DNA of 64,000 bases, from positions 2,255 to 66,254 of the forward strand of contig CAYVXE010000011.1 in assembly GCA_964455375.1 (NCBI GenBank). The letters run 5' to 3'. This document shows, one piece after another, positions 28,179-38,480 of this stretch. This DNA is from an uncultured Calditrichaceae bacterium. Its GTDB lineage: Bacteria; Zhuqueibacterota; Zhuqueibacteria; Oceanimicrobiales; Oceanimicrobiaceae. The position numbers were made by a program, and so were the translations under genes. Numbering within the stretch: the stretch's first letter is position 1; every line of letters begins with the position of its first letter. The notes under the pieces are model-generated. The model was not told the origin of the DNA, searched no databases, and worked only from the letters and a program-made list of their open reading frames with translations.

Positions 28179-31100
28179 ATTTTTGTCGCCTTTTTCAGTC
28201 TCTGATGAAAAAAAGATTTATAAAATACCGGCAGCATAAACAGCAATAAAAGCGCCGAAAACGAAAACCCTCCGATTACCGCTACTGCCAGGGGCTGCTG
28301 CATTTGTGCCCCCGCGCCAATTCCGATAGCCAGTGGAGTAAGCGCCAAAACAGCCGCAAGAGTGGTCATAATGATAGGCCGCATCCGTAGTTTTCCCGCT
28401 TCTATCAAAGCGACTTCCAGGGGCTGTCCCTTCTGTCCCAGAAGTTGAATGTAATGAATAAAAAAAATTGCGTTCTCGGCCACAATCCCGATAATCATGA
28501 TCATCCCCATCATGGAAGATATGTTTAGAGGAATCCCGGAGACGCGCAAAAATAAGAAGACACCAAAAAGAGCCAGAATGTCGATAATGAGAATAATCAA
28601 GGGGATCTTAAATGACTCGAATTCAAACAGTTGCACGATGAACACCAGAACAACTGCAATGGCCAAAACAATAAGCAAACCTTTAAACGATTTTTGCTGC
28701 TCGCGGTATAGGCCACCGTACTGGATATAGACGCCTTGGGGTAGTTTGAGGTTTGCGCGAATCTTGGACTTGATTTCCTGCAAAGCGCTTCCCATATCAC
28801 GGTGACTGAGTCGGGCGGTAACGGCAATCATCTGTTTGAGGTTTTCCCGGTTTAATTCCGGCTGCCCTTCCTTAATGGAAAGATTGGCGATCGAGGCAAG
28901 AGAAATATAATCTCCGGCTGATGTGAGGATGCGAAGGTGCTTTATTTTATCCAAAGTGGTTCTGCCGCTGGCTGGTAAACGGACTCGAATACCGACCATC
29001 ATTTGCTTCTCTTGAATCTGCGAGGCCAGAACACCATTGATCGCGACTTCCACCTCCCTTTGTACAGCATCGGTGGTTAGGCCAAATATGCCGGCGCGCA
29101 GCGGGTCTACTTTGACTAACAGCGATGACCCGGCGATGGTGATGCCGTCGTAAATATCAACCACGCCGGCAACATCCGTAAGGATCGCAACTGCCTTTTC
29201 GGAGATTTGATGAATCTGGTCATAGTTGTCTCCAAAAATTTTGATTTCTATTGGTTGCGGCACAGCGGTCAAATCTCCGATTAAATCACCCATTAATTGG
29301 GCAAACTCAATCTCAATACCCGGAACGCTTCCCAAAACCTTCTTCCTAACTTCATCAATTATCCGATTAATCCCCCGGCTGCGATGCATCTTTAACCGGA
29401 CGAGAAAATCACCCATATTTGCTTCGGTCAGCCCGCCGCCCAGTTGCAGACCAGTGCGTCTGGAATAGCTCACAATTTCCGGTATTTCGGTGAGGATGGC
29501 TTCAATTTGCTTGACCACCCGATCTGTTTCTTCTATCGACGTACCGGCGCTAGTACGATAATCCAGGATAAATGTGCCTTCATCCATTTCGGGCATAAAA
29601 CCAGTAGGAAGCCCTTTGTAAAGAACATAACTCAACACTATCAGAAAAAATGAAACAACCCAAACGATATAGCGTCGCCTTAGCAGAAATTTTAGAGCCA
29701 GCTCATAAAAATGATTCAGGTACGTAAACAGACGACTGGGACGTTCCTGTTTCTCTGCGTCCTGCTCGTTGATGAACCGGTGCGATAGGATTGGAATAAA
29801 GAAGATCGCCAGTAGCATGGAAACCAGCAGGCTGCTGGCCATGGTTAGTGAAAGCGATTTAAAAAATGCCCCGGTTACGCCGGTAAGAAATGCCAGGGGG
29901 GCGAATACGACAATCGTGCTAAATGAGGACCCCAAAATCGGGCGTAGAAGCTCTTGCAAAGACGCCTGGACGGCGTCTCGAGCTTTTGATTTGCGCATTG
30001 CCAGGTGCCTGATAATGTTTTCGACAACCACAATGGCATCGTCGATGATCAACCCTATGGCTGCTGCGATGCCACCGAGCGTCATGATATTCAGGCTCAT
30101 GCCAAGGGCCGACATAAACAGCATGGTCACGGCAATTGTTAGAGGAACATCCAGTGAGGCAATGACGGTAATTTTCCAGTTGCGCAGAAACGCCATCAGG
30201 ATTGCCACGGCCAGCAGAATACCAACCAAAATGCTGTCGCGCACGTTCTTCATGCTCTCCACAATCAGTTCCGACTGGTCGTAAAATTTTGACAGCTTGA
30301 TGTCGGCGGGAATGAGGTCTTTCATCTCCTCCAGGGTCTGGATAATCTGAGCATCGATTTGTACTGTATTGCCGCCAGGCTGCTGGTAAATATTGAGAAG
30401 TACAGCTTGCTCGCTATTACTGGTCACCCGGACCCATTCCGGGGCTGTAGTTTCCCGGATAATGGCCACATCGTCCAAAAAAACCGGCATTTGACTTTCA
30501 ATTTTTATGACCGTATGTCCGATGTCTTCCTTTGAGATATATTGTCCGTCCACTAGAGTAAGAAAGAGTTTGTACTCCTGTTCAATTTTGCCGACGGCGC
30601 CAATAATATTGGCGTTTTCTATTGCCTGTACCAACTCGGTCAAAGATAACTTGAACGAGCGCAATCTTTCCGGATTTACAAGCACTTCATATTCTTTGGT
30701 ACGACCGCCAAGTACGGACACAACCGCCACACCATCAATACTTGTTAAAGCCGGTCTTAGAGTTAGTTCAGCGAACTGACGGAGTTGAGTTAAACTGCGT
30801 GAATGAGAGATAAGGCTATAGCCCAGAATCGGAAAAACAGTCGGATTCATTTTTCTCACTTCAAATTCTGTGCCCGGAGGGAGCTGGTTTTTTATTTGGT
30901 TAATGGCGTTGTTTACCTGCAATTCCGCCTGCACCATATCGATATTCCAGTGGAAATTGATGGAAAGCTCTGTGGCACCGCGGCTGGTCGTGGACCGCAC
31001 GGTCAAAACGTCGGGAATGGAATTTACCGCTTCTTCTAAATTGCGGGTTACAGTAATCATCATCCGGTCGGCGGGCATTTCACCTGCATTAGCCGAAACA

Positions 31101-31237
31101 ACAATCCGTGGGAAAGCAATATCGGGAAAAAGGGATACCGGCAGCTTGAACGCGCCAAACAAACCGGCTAAAGACAGGACCACAACAACAAAAAGTGTGG
31201 ATTTTGCGTGACTTTCGATTAGTTTGCCAATATTCAT
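28175..31237 (-). CDS. RND efflux transporter permease (AcrB/CzcA superfamily)
   Basis: 1020 aa. 12 TM helices are arranged as two pseudo-repeats with large periplasmic loops. The N-terminus reads LFPDIAFPRIVV. Confidence 0.9.
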   Translation of the reverse strand: MNIGKLIESHAKSTLFVVVVLSLAGLFGAFKLPVSLFPDIAFPRIVVSANAGEMPADRMMITVTRNLEEAVNSIPDVLTVRSTTSRGATELSINFHWNIDMVQAELQVNNAINQIKNQLPPGTEFEVRKMNPTVFPILGYSLISHSRSLTQLRQFAELTLRPALTSIDGVAVVSVLGGRTKEYEVLVNPERLRSFKLSLTELVQAIENANIIGAVGKIEQEYKLFLTLVDGQYISKEDIGHTVIKIESQMPVFLDDVAIIRETTAPEWVRVTSNSEQAVLLNIYQQPGGNTVQIDAQIIQTLEEMKDLIPADIKLSKFYDQSELIVESMKNVRDSILVGILLAVAILMAFLRNWKITVIASLDVPLTIAVTMLFMSALGMSLNIMTLGGIAAAIGLIIDDAIVVVENIIRHLAMRKSKARDAVQASLQELLRPILGSSFSTIVVFAPLAFLTGVTGAFFKSLSLTMASSLLVSMLLAIFFIPILSHRFINEQDAEKQERPSRLFTYLNHFYELALKFLLRRRYIVWVVSFFLIVLSYVLYKGLPTGFMPEMDEGTFILDYRTSAGTSIEETDRVVKQIEAILTEIPEIVSYSRRTGLQLGGGLTEANMGDFLVRLKMHRSRGINRIIDEVRKKVLGSVPGIEIEFAQLMGDLIGDLTAVPQPIEIKIFGDNYDQIHQISEKAVAILTDVAGVVDIYDGITIAGSSLLVKVDPLRAGIFGLTTDAVQREVEVAINGVLASQIQEKQMMVGIRVRLPASGRTTLDKIKHLRILTSAGDYISLASIANLSIKEGQPELNRENLKQMIAVTARLSHRDMGSALQEIKSKIRANLKLPQGVYIQYGGLYREQQKSFKGLLIVLAIAVVLVFIVQLFEFESFKIPLIILIIDILALFGVFLFLRVSGIPLNISSMMGMIMIIGIVAENAIFFIHYIQLLGQKGQPLEVALIEAGKLRMRPIIMTTLAAVLALTPLAIGIGAGAQMQQPLAVAVIGGFSFSALLLLFMLPVFYKSFFHQRLKKATKI

Positions 31238-31285
31238 AGAATGTAAATTGTTTCCTTTTTCTTTCGACGACCTAAACAGGATGTT

Positions 31286-32314
31286 CTACTGCGTCACGGT
31301 CACCGTCATCCCGTCTTCTAATTCATAATTGCCCTCATAAACCACCTGCTGGCCCTCGTGAATTCCATCAAGAATCTGAATTTCTCCATCATTCTCAATA
31401 CCAGTTTTCACCTGAATCTTGCGTGCAACTTTTTTTTCAACAACGAACACATATTTACCTTTATCGTCCTTTAAAACCGAAGATCTTGGAACGACCAAAG
31501 CACGATCTTCGGTTTTCACAAAAATAAGTCCTACAGCGAACATTCCGGGCTGCAGCAGGCCGTCCGGATTCTTGACCTCAATCCAAATCCGAACCAGTTG
31601 TGTGGCGGGATCAATCTCTTTATTCTTTTGCTCAACAATGCCGGTTAGTGGTTTTGCATCGGGGAAATTGGGAATATGGATTTCGACTTTCTGTCCGACC
31701 ATGACTTTGTCAATATCTTCAACTTCAATGCCGACTACGGCGAACATTTTTTCCGTATTGACAATCCTTGCAATCGTCAAAGACGGATCCGCAATTTGTC
31801 CTACTTTACCGGTTACGCTGCTGACGACACCAGTGATTGATGAGCGCAGCTCGCTATTCGCAATCGCGAAATCCAAAGTTTTTGATTTCAGGTCTAAGTC
31901 GGCTTTGGCAAGATTGTATTCAGTCTGCTTCTGCTCATAATTCACACGAGGATAAACGCCTTTTTCATATAGCTTCTTAGCCCGATCGAGATTTACTTTT
32001 GCCTGTTGCATGATGATTCTTGCCTTTTCCACTTCGACATCTAACGCTTTGTCGCGTTGTAACTTAACCAGCAATTGACCTTTCCGGACGCTATCGCCAG
32101 GCTTTATCAGAATTTTCTCGATACGCATCGCGGCAACGGCTGATATCTTAATGTCCCCCTCTGGTTCAGGTTCCACAATTCCATGCCCGGAGACCGTTTC
32201 TGAAATGGATTGGAATTGAGCGGATGTTATCTTGACCGGCGCAACAGTCTGTGAAAGACAAAGGCCAAATAGTGAAATCAATAATATAAATAAAAAGTAT
32301 GCTACTTTACCCAT
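31286..32314 (-). CDS. RND efflux periplasmic adaptor (membrane fusion protein, HlyD-like)
   Basis: A signal anchor is followed by coiled-coil hairpin, lipoyl and beta-barrel pattern. It sits between the outer-membrane factor and the RND permease. Confidence 0.85.
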   Translation of the reverse strand: MGKVAYFLFILLISLFGLCLSQTVAPVKITSAQFQSISETVSGHGIVEPEPEGDIKISAVAAMRIEKILIKPGDSVRKGQLLVKLQRDKALDVEVEKARIIMQQAKVNLDRAKKLYEKGVYPRVNYEQKQTEYNLAKADLDLKSKTLDFAIANSELRSSITGVVSSVTGKVGQIADPSLTIARIVNTEKMFAVVGIEVEDIDKVMVGQKVEIHIPNFPDAKPLTGIVEQKNKEIDPATQLVRIWIEVKNPDGLLQPGMFAVGLIFVKTEDRALVVPRSSVLKDDKGKYVFVVEKKVARKIQVKTGIENDGEIQILDGIHEGQQVVYEGNYELEDGMTVTVTQ

Positions 32315-33606
32315 GTTAAGTCCTCCTCTAATTTGCCGGCCGTCTGGAAGAGCCGCGCTTTTGCAATATAAAAATCATACTGAGCCAGCAAATATTGAAT
32401 ATTGCTTTCGGCTAAAAGCTTTTGCGCATTGATGACTTCAAGATTTGTCACCGTACCCTCCTGATAGCCAAACCTGGCCATTCCCATGGCTTTAGCGGCT
32501 TCGGTGCGGCTCTCCTGCATTACCTGCAGTTGTTGCGTCTGAAACAGGCAGTCCTGGTAGGCATCAATGACCTCCCTGACGACTTTCCTTCGTAACTGCT
32601 CAAATCGTATTTGACTTTGCTTGTAGCGGATAGAAGCAATTTGATGCGTAATCAGTTGTCCCCCCCAATGCCAAAGAGGCATCCTTACATTGAGGAAAAT
32701 CTGCCATCCGCGGTTCTGAGACCGCAAAGTCATCCCGGTATCCCAACCATAAAAGAAGTTGACGTCAACCTGCGGAAGTCGCTGTAACAATGCCGCTCTC
32801 TTTTCAGCAGCAAAGCGTATTTTCTCAACCTGATTGAGCAACAGTTCTGGCCGATTTCTTAGTGCTATTTCCCGATATACGTTTAGGCTGTCAAGGGTGG
32901 TGTTTTGATACGGAAAATCATTAATGGAAAGCGGTTCCTCAATCGGTAGCCCGACTAACTCTTTGAGTAAATTAAGTAAAGAGCGATAATCGTTGCGTGA
33001 ACGCGCCAGGATGTTTTTCTGTAACAAATATTCTGTGTGCGTTTTTCTTACGTCAAATTCGCGCACGATCCCACTCTCGAAAAGTTGCTCACTTTGTTCG
33101 TAGAGCGCTTCAAATGCCCGGAGGTTTTGCTCAAAAACCTTCATCCGCCCGCGGGCTTTGAGTACGGAAAAATAGGCCTCCACAACGCGCAAAATGACAG
33201 CCTGGTCGAGTCGCCGAGAGGCCAATTTTTGTCTACGTCGCTCGATACCGGTTCCGGATACGCTCAAATATTTCTCCGCACTAAAGATTGTCTGTTGGAC
33301 GGAAAGCCAGGCCAGTTTTTCGTCAATTGCGTTAGCGGCAATAAAATCCGGAACGCCTTTCTGCCCGGAAGCGCCAAAATAGCCGCCATCGACATCCAGT
33401 TGAGGAAGCAGTGTCGATACCGCCTGCCGATGGTTAAGGCTTGCAATCCGCGCCTCTCCGCTTTGAATTTGAACCTCGGCGTTTTTTTGCAAGGCAAGTT
33501 TAAGTAGTTTCGGCAGATCCACTACCTTTTCCTGACCTGAAACTGTAGCAGGCAGAATCAAACAATGAGCGAGAAACAGACCTACAAGAAACCTAAGGTA
33601 TTTCAT
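32302..33606 (-). CDS. TolC-family outer membrane efflux protein
   Basis: A signal peptide is followed by two repeats with alternating coiled-coil and beta segments. It overlaps the adaptor gene by 13 nt. Confidence 0.85.
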   Translation of the reverse strand: MKYLRFLVGLFLAHCLILPATVSGQEKVVDLPKLLKLALQKNAEVQIQSGEARIASLNHRQAVSTLLPQLDVDGGYFGASGQKGVPDFIAANAIDEKLAWLSVQQTIFSAEKYLSVSGTGIERRRQKLASRRLDQAVILRVVEAYFSVLKARGRMKVFEQNLRAFEALYEQSEQLFESGIVREFDVRKTHTEYLLQKNILARSRNDYRSLLNLLKELVGLPIEEPLSINDFPYQNTTLDSLNVYREIALRNRPELLLNQVEKIRFAAEKRAALLQRLPQVDVNFFYGWDTGMTLRSQNRGWQIFLNVRMPLWHWGGQLITHQIASIRYKQSQIRFEQLRRKVVREVIDAYQDCLFQTQQLQVMQESRTEAAKAMGMARFGYQEGTVTNLEVINAQKLLAESNIQYLLAQYDFYIAKARLFQTAGKLEEDLTWVK

Positions 33607-33850
33607 TTTTTTATGTCCACTTTTGCAATATTTTCATCAGAGATTTATTTGTACAGAGCTTCCAATTCATCCACCCAATCCAGTACGGTGCCCTCCATTT
33701 TTTCTGCTACAAAATGAGTTTTTTCATGGACAGAAATCTGAGCCAATAATCCTGTGAACGGCTATGCAACAACTCAAACTTTCACTATATCCAACCTGAG
33801 GATCTGAATTTCTACTTTTGTCAGACAGTTAGCCTTTTTCAATTATGACA

Positions 33851-33883
33851 CAATAAAAAAGGAAAGTCTTAAAGGCTTTCCCT
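33851..33883 (-). terminator. Putative terminator downstream of the phosphodiesterase gene
   Basis: The stem GGAAAGTC-ttaaag-GCTTTCC is followed on the minus strand by TTTTTTATTG. Its arms resemble those of the terminator at 20381-20404. Confidence 0.4.
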
Positions 33884-33994
33884 ATGAAGAATGTATCTAT
33901 ACAAAACCTAAATAGCTACATAATTTTTTTCTTCCGGTATCCAATTATTCTCTAAAAGATCAGTCGCAAGTTCTGCCGCCTTAACATGACCTTT

Positions 33995-34924
33995 CTACCA
34001 CGGAACAATATCTAAGGGAATCTTCCTGAGAATCTCTTGATTCATCCATATCCGTTTATGGTTGCGATTAGAGGTGGCCAAATGCCCATTTTGAAATTCA
34101 TCGTGGTTTAACAAAAATGCTTTCAGACCATCCAAATCTTCGGTATTAATAAAATCAACACCGGCGTTTAGCAATTGGGTCCAGACGGCTGTTTCATTTT
34201 CCATGGGGCTGTCAGGGGTATTCCAGAAACGGAGCTGCTTTCCCTGTCGATGAACCAGGCTAACATACCCCTCGAGCTTTTTCCTCTCCTCTGCAGGAAA
34301 GACACCTTCGCCATTCCAGGTAAATATGTCCGTCCACTTATCACTGATGAGTTCGATAAAATGATCCGGCCCGGTGTAATTTAAATCCGGCAGTCTGCCG
34401 TCCATGGTTGCAAATCGTCTCTTTTGCCGGGCCATCTGCCCGCGGGCCCGGTGCCCGGAGATCACGACTTTGATCGGCCCTGGTATGATGTAACCAGCCT
34501 CATAGATAGTCAATATGTTTTGATATCTGGACAAAACTTTTCGTAATACCTTGTAGGATGCCACTGCTTCAGTTTTGATATCGATTAACAAAGTCAGTGG
34601 CATCCCATTTCGAAACACCGTACCACCATTTGAGTGAATTAGCCTCTGCAGTGGGGAAAGATAAAGGGTCTCCAGCGTCTGGCTTTTTTGGATATATTTC
34701 CTTTTATGAGCCACCATGAGTTCGCCATCGACCAGATGAACGTCGGCTTCGACGCTGGTGAACCCGTGACCCAGAGCTTCATACAGTGGAACGGGATGCA
34801 AATAGTCATTATGTGCATGAGCGCAGGTGAGAGGTTGAATATATATCTGAGCAATATGGGTTGATTCATTAAATGAGAATGTTTTCAAGATTAAGAACGG
34901 CAGAACTAAGTGAACAAGCATCAC
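33995..34924 (-). CDS. PLC-like phosphodiesterase (GDPD_2/AIM6-like TIM-barrel)
   Basis: The motifs CAHAHNDY and SVEADVHLVDGELMVAH match the PI-PLC-X/GDPD-superfamily catalytic His and Glu/Asp signature. An N-terminal signal peptide is present. Confidence 0.55.
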   Translation of the reverse strand: MMLVHLVLPFLILKTFSFNESTHIAQIYIQPLTCAHAHNDYLHPVPLYEALGHGFTSVEADVHLVDGELMVAHKRKYIQKSQTLETLYLSPLQRLIHSNGGTVFRNGMPLTLLIDIKTEAVASYKVLRKVLSRYQNILTIYEAGYIIPGPIKVVISGHRARGQMARQKRRFATMDGRLPDLNYTGPDHFIELISDKWTDIFTWNGEGVFPAEERKKLEGYVSLVHRQGKQLRFWNTPDSPMENETAVWTQLLNAGVDFINTEDLDGLKAFLLNHDEFQNGHLATSNRNHKRIWMNQEILRKIPLDIVPW

Positions 34925-35011
34925 AATCCTCGTATTTTCATCTACTGATTATGGTCCTGAGTCTGTGTTTGATGAGTGTATCTTTCCACCCGAAGTGATA
35001 TTGAATTTGTA

Positions 35012-35833
35012 TCATTCAACGAAACCATACTTAACCAACCTCAGGTCTTCGTCCCTGATCAACCCTACCCCCGGCGCATAAAATTTATATTCCTTGTTTT
35101 TTGGCTCCAGGTCAGACCTTTCCTCAACCTTTAAACAGTTCTTGAATTTACCGGCCGGTATATCAAATATTTCACCGCTGCTCATGATTTCCGCTTTGTC
35201 CATGGCAATATCCGGAGCCATTTCCTGATAATATCTCGCGCCCAACAAGACGGTTCCAGGCATCATTAATCCCGGTTTAGCATGATTCGAGTATGCATGC
35301 CAGGTACCATCGTGATTATCTATTTTTCCATTTTTGTAGATATCCACATCTTCACCAAAATAGAAAATATTATTGGTCCTCATACAAATCGCAAAGTAGT
35401 TTCGGGACACTTCCGTCAATTTACCTTCCACAGTCTCGCGTTCTTCCACAATTCTGGTTTCGACATTCCCAATTTTCTTTGTTTCATTTAAGACCGTAAT
35501 GGTGAGCTCCACCGTTTTATTATCTTCTTTGCCCTGCAAAGTTAACCGGTAGCCGGGTTCGAGAACAAAGTAGGTTGTCTTGCCAGTGGAAACAAAGTTG
35601 CACGTCTCCAGGCCAAAATTCATGGTCCACAATTTCTGCTTTTGTTTGTTTTGCGCACATACTGAGTTAAATGCAGGGCTTAAAACCATCAGCAAAGCAA
35701 TTACCAACACCTTGCCGACTGCACCTGTCCGTTGTTTGTTAGTCACAGCGAACCCTCTTTTTTTAAGTTTGCACATCAGCCGAATCAAAAAATATATTTT
35801 TGAGTGCTTACATGTTACTGGAATTTCGTTCAA
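35012..35833 (-). CDS. Secreted protein of unknown function, paralog of 57380-58120
   Basis: Shares with 57380-58120 the blocks YFGEDV/YFGEDS, G.WHA/G.WEAG, PG..M, F.NCLK..E.S.LEP and KY.PG.G. The real start may be an internal Met before the hydrophobic signal segment. Confidence 0.5.
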   Translation of the reverse strand: MNEIPVTCKHSKIYFLIRLMCKLKKRGFAVTNKQRTGAVGKVLVIALLMVLSPAFNSVCAQNKQKQKLWTMNFGLETCNFVSTGKTTYFVLEPGYRLTLQGKEDNKTVELTITVLNETKKIGNVETRIVEERETVEGKLTEVSRNYFAICMRTNNIFYFGEDVDIYKNGKIDNHDGTWHAYSNHAKPGLMMPGTVLLGARYYQEMAPDIAMDKAEIMSSGEIFDIPAGKFKNCLKVEERSDLEPKNKEYKFYAPGVGLIRDEDLRLVKYGFVE

Positions 35834-36027
35834 AGACTATGCCACAAAGAACATAAAACCTGAATGAAAACACGGTTCATTCGAGCCTGAAAAACAGGCA
35901 TGACTGTGATTCACTGGAAGGCAGCAATAGTCCTTGTCAGTTTTTTGACGATGCTACAGATAAAACATCGCGCCAAATCGTAAATTTACAATGAATTACA
36001 TCCCCGCCAGGTCAAGGCATGATTTCG

Positions 36028-38424
36028 TCAACTTTTTGACATTGGGGTAAATGTCTCAAAACTTTGTATGAGCGCTGGTAATACGACAATTGCGGTTAAA
36101 AATGTTGATAAAATACCAATAACTGCCAAATCACCGATAGAATTCAAACCGGGATGATGCGCCAGAATCAAGCCCGAGTAACCGACGATCGTTGTGGTCG
36201 TGGTCATGAGAATTGCCAGTCCGGTGTTTTTCAGAACAAAGTATAAGGAGCCCGGGCCTTCTTCCAAGTAGCGATGATAGATGTGCACACCATTGTCCAC
36301 GCCGATTCCAATGACACTCGGAATCACGACGATATTGAAAAGATTAAATTTCATTCCTGTTGCATACATCACCAGACCCATCCAGAGAATTCCCACGACC
36401 AGGGGAGATAATACCATCAAGGCTGATTTTATACTACGAAAGTCCAATAGGACAATAACAAAGACGACACAAATCGTTAACACCACAGCGATACGCCCTT
36501 CCCTTATCATAATGATAAGCATATCGGCGAGAATAATATTGGAACTGGATGCATGAAAAACCTTACCGTCTTTTGTCGTAATGGTTTCAACATCATTGCG
36601 AAAATCAATAGCGTTCCGGCCATTACTCAATGGTACACTGGGATAAATGAACACAAATTTGCCGATTTCGCCCTGTTTATTGATAAACTGACGTTTGTCT
36701 TTTTCCGGAAATTCCTCCCACGTAAAAGGTTGATTCACCTTCAAATATTGTTTCAGCTTATCGAGCTTTTTTTTGTCCTCGCCCTTAACAACGCCGTCGG
36801 CTTCAGTGTCAATCAGCTCTCTAATTTTTCGCATTTTAATCAATTTTTCAGGTTGGTCTTTTGGCACCAGGGAAAACACAGAACGCACTGCTTTTATGGT
36901 TGGGGAAACGGTATCTGTGGCGATGATATGTTTTACCGCCTCGACAATTTCGCTGACCTCTTCATCAGTGTTCGCGAGCACGACGGCCGGGGAATCGGAA
37001 AGCTTGAAAACCCCCCTGATTTTTTCCCGCACGATCGTCTGTTCTTCAGTGGTAGCGCGCAGGTTGGTAAAATCGTATTCAAAGCCCACCTGAGAAAGGC
37101 CGTAAATTGCAAGAAGTGTGAGCAAACCGGAAAGAAGTAAGATGGGCTTCGCATAACGAAACTGCTTACGTTTAAATTGCAATGTTTTACCCGGCACCGG
37201 TTTAACTTTTAGAATATGTAGCTTTTCAAACAGAGTAATAAACGCTGGTAAGACCACAACCATGGCGACCAGAGCGAAGAGCATGCCGACCCCGGCGATA
37301 AATCCCAAATCAGAAAACCCTTTGAAATCCATGAGCGTCAGGGAAAAAAAAGCGGCTGAGGTAGTCACAGCCGTGGTTGCAAGGGCCTTGCCGGTCTGAC
37401 AGACCAGCTTTTCAATGGATTGTTCAAAATCCAACCCGGCCCGGCGGCTCTCTGAATAACGGCCGAAAGCATGGATGCCGTAGTCGATGCCCATACCAAA
37501 GAGAATGACAAACAGGAATCCGGTAATCGTATTCAGCTCACCTATGACTCCGTAAGTCACGCCGAAAGTCCAGGCCAACGAGAAGAGTAGCGTCACGGTG
37601 ATCAAGATCGCACCAAGAAGCCGACGAAAATAGATGATGATCAACAGGAAAACACCACCAAATCCGTAAGCAGCCGTACCGATAATGTCTTTCTTCACGG
37701 ATTCGTATTCGACGAGACGATTTTCAAAATTTCCGCCGTAATAGATTTTCATGTCGGGCGCATATTTCTTATAGTTTGTTGCATCGATTATATCCTCTAC
37801 CTCATGGATCATCTTGCGAACGAAATTCAAATCTGTGTTTGATTTGGCAGGAAAGATTTTCATCACCAGAACCGTGCTGTCTGCATTGGTGTAGTACTCT
37901 TTGGGTTCCTTATCCCGGTATTTTGCTTCCCACTTGGCCAAATCATCGCCGGTATTATCAGCCGTACTCTCGCCAAAGAGATCTTCCACATAGAGAGGAT
38001 TCAGTTTCTGTTTTTCTGCATCGATTTTCTGTTTAATGGTTGTGTAGAGAGAATCTAATTCTGACGGTTCCAAAAACAACAGGGCATTTTTCTTGTAAAA
38101 TTGCACATCATTCTTGTGATCCACATAATTTATGAGCGGGCTGGCCAAAAGTCTGGGACTTAGCGTCTCGATGAATTTCCTGGCCGCGGAATAATCTTTC
38201 GTTTCAACAAGGATTTGCAATTGCCCAACACCGCCGACCTCTTCTTTGATACGATTTAAGGCTTTCACGCTCTCAAAGGTGTCCGGCAACAAAGCGGACA
38301 GATCGCTTTGCAGTGTCAACTTCGAAGCGTAGAATCCGCCAATAGCGGTCGCACTCAGGGCGACGAGCAAAATCGGAATATAGTATTTAGATATCAAATG
38401 ACATTTTTTGCGCAAATTCAACAT
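36028..38424 (-). CDS. MMPL-family RND-superfamily exporter (HpnN-like)
   Basis: 798 aa with two 6-TM bundles and two periplasmic domains, typical of MMPL/SSD transporters. Confidence 0.8.
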   Translation of the reverse strand: MLNLRKKCHLISKYYIPILLVALSATAIGGFYASKLTLQSDLSALLPDTFESVKALNRIKEEVGGVGQLQILVETKDYSAARKFIETLSPRLLASPLINYVDHKNDVQFYKKNALLFLEPSELDSLYTTIKQKIDAEKQKLNPLYVEDLFGESTADNTGDDLAKWEAKYRDKEPKEYYTNADSTVLVMKIFPAKSNTDLNFVRKMIHEVEDIIDATNYKKYAPDMKIYYGGNFENRLVEYESVKKDIIGTAAYGFGGVFLLIIIYFRRLLGAILITVTLLFSLAWTFGVTYGVIGELNTITGFLFVILFGMGIDYGIHAFGRYSESRRAGLDFEQSIEKLVCQTGKALATTAVTTSAAFFSLTLMDFKGFSDLGFIAGVGMLFALVAMVVVLPAFITLFEKLHILKVKPVPGKTLQFKRKQFRYAKPILLLSGLLTLLAIYGLSQVGFEYDFTNLRATTEEQTIVREKIRGVFKLSDSPAVVLANTDEEVSEIVEAVKHIIATDTVSPTIKAVRSVFSLVPKDQPEKLIKMRKIRELIDTEADGVVKGEDKKKLDKLKQYLKVNQPFTWEEFPEKDKRQFINKQGEIGKFVFIYPSVPLSNGRNAIDFRNDVETITTKDGKVFHASSSNIILADMLIIMIREGRIAVVLTICVVFVIVLLDFRSIKSALMVLSPLVVGILWMGLVMYATGMKFNLFNIVVIPSVIGIGVDNGVHIYHRYLEEGPGSLYFVLKNTGLAILMTTTTTIVGYSGLILAHHPGLNSIGDLAVIGILSTFLTAIVVLPALIQSFETFTPMSKS

Positions 38425-38480
38425 TTAAGTCCCTGATTAAATTAATACACTGTTATCATCATACCACAAAATTTTTACTC

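Noticed and set aside
33640-33700. A short minus-strand peptide MEGTVLDWVDELEALYK in the TolC-upstream region.
   Set aside because: It is only 17 codons with no Shine-Dalgarno or homology pattern. It is probably chance, or possibly a gene remnant, but I could not support that.
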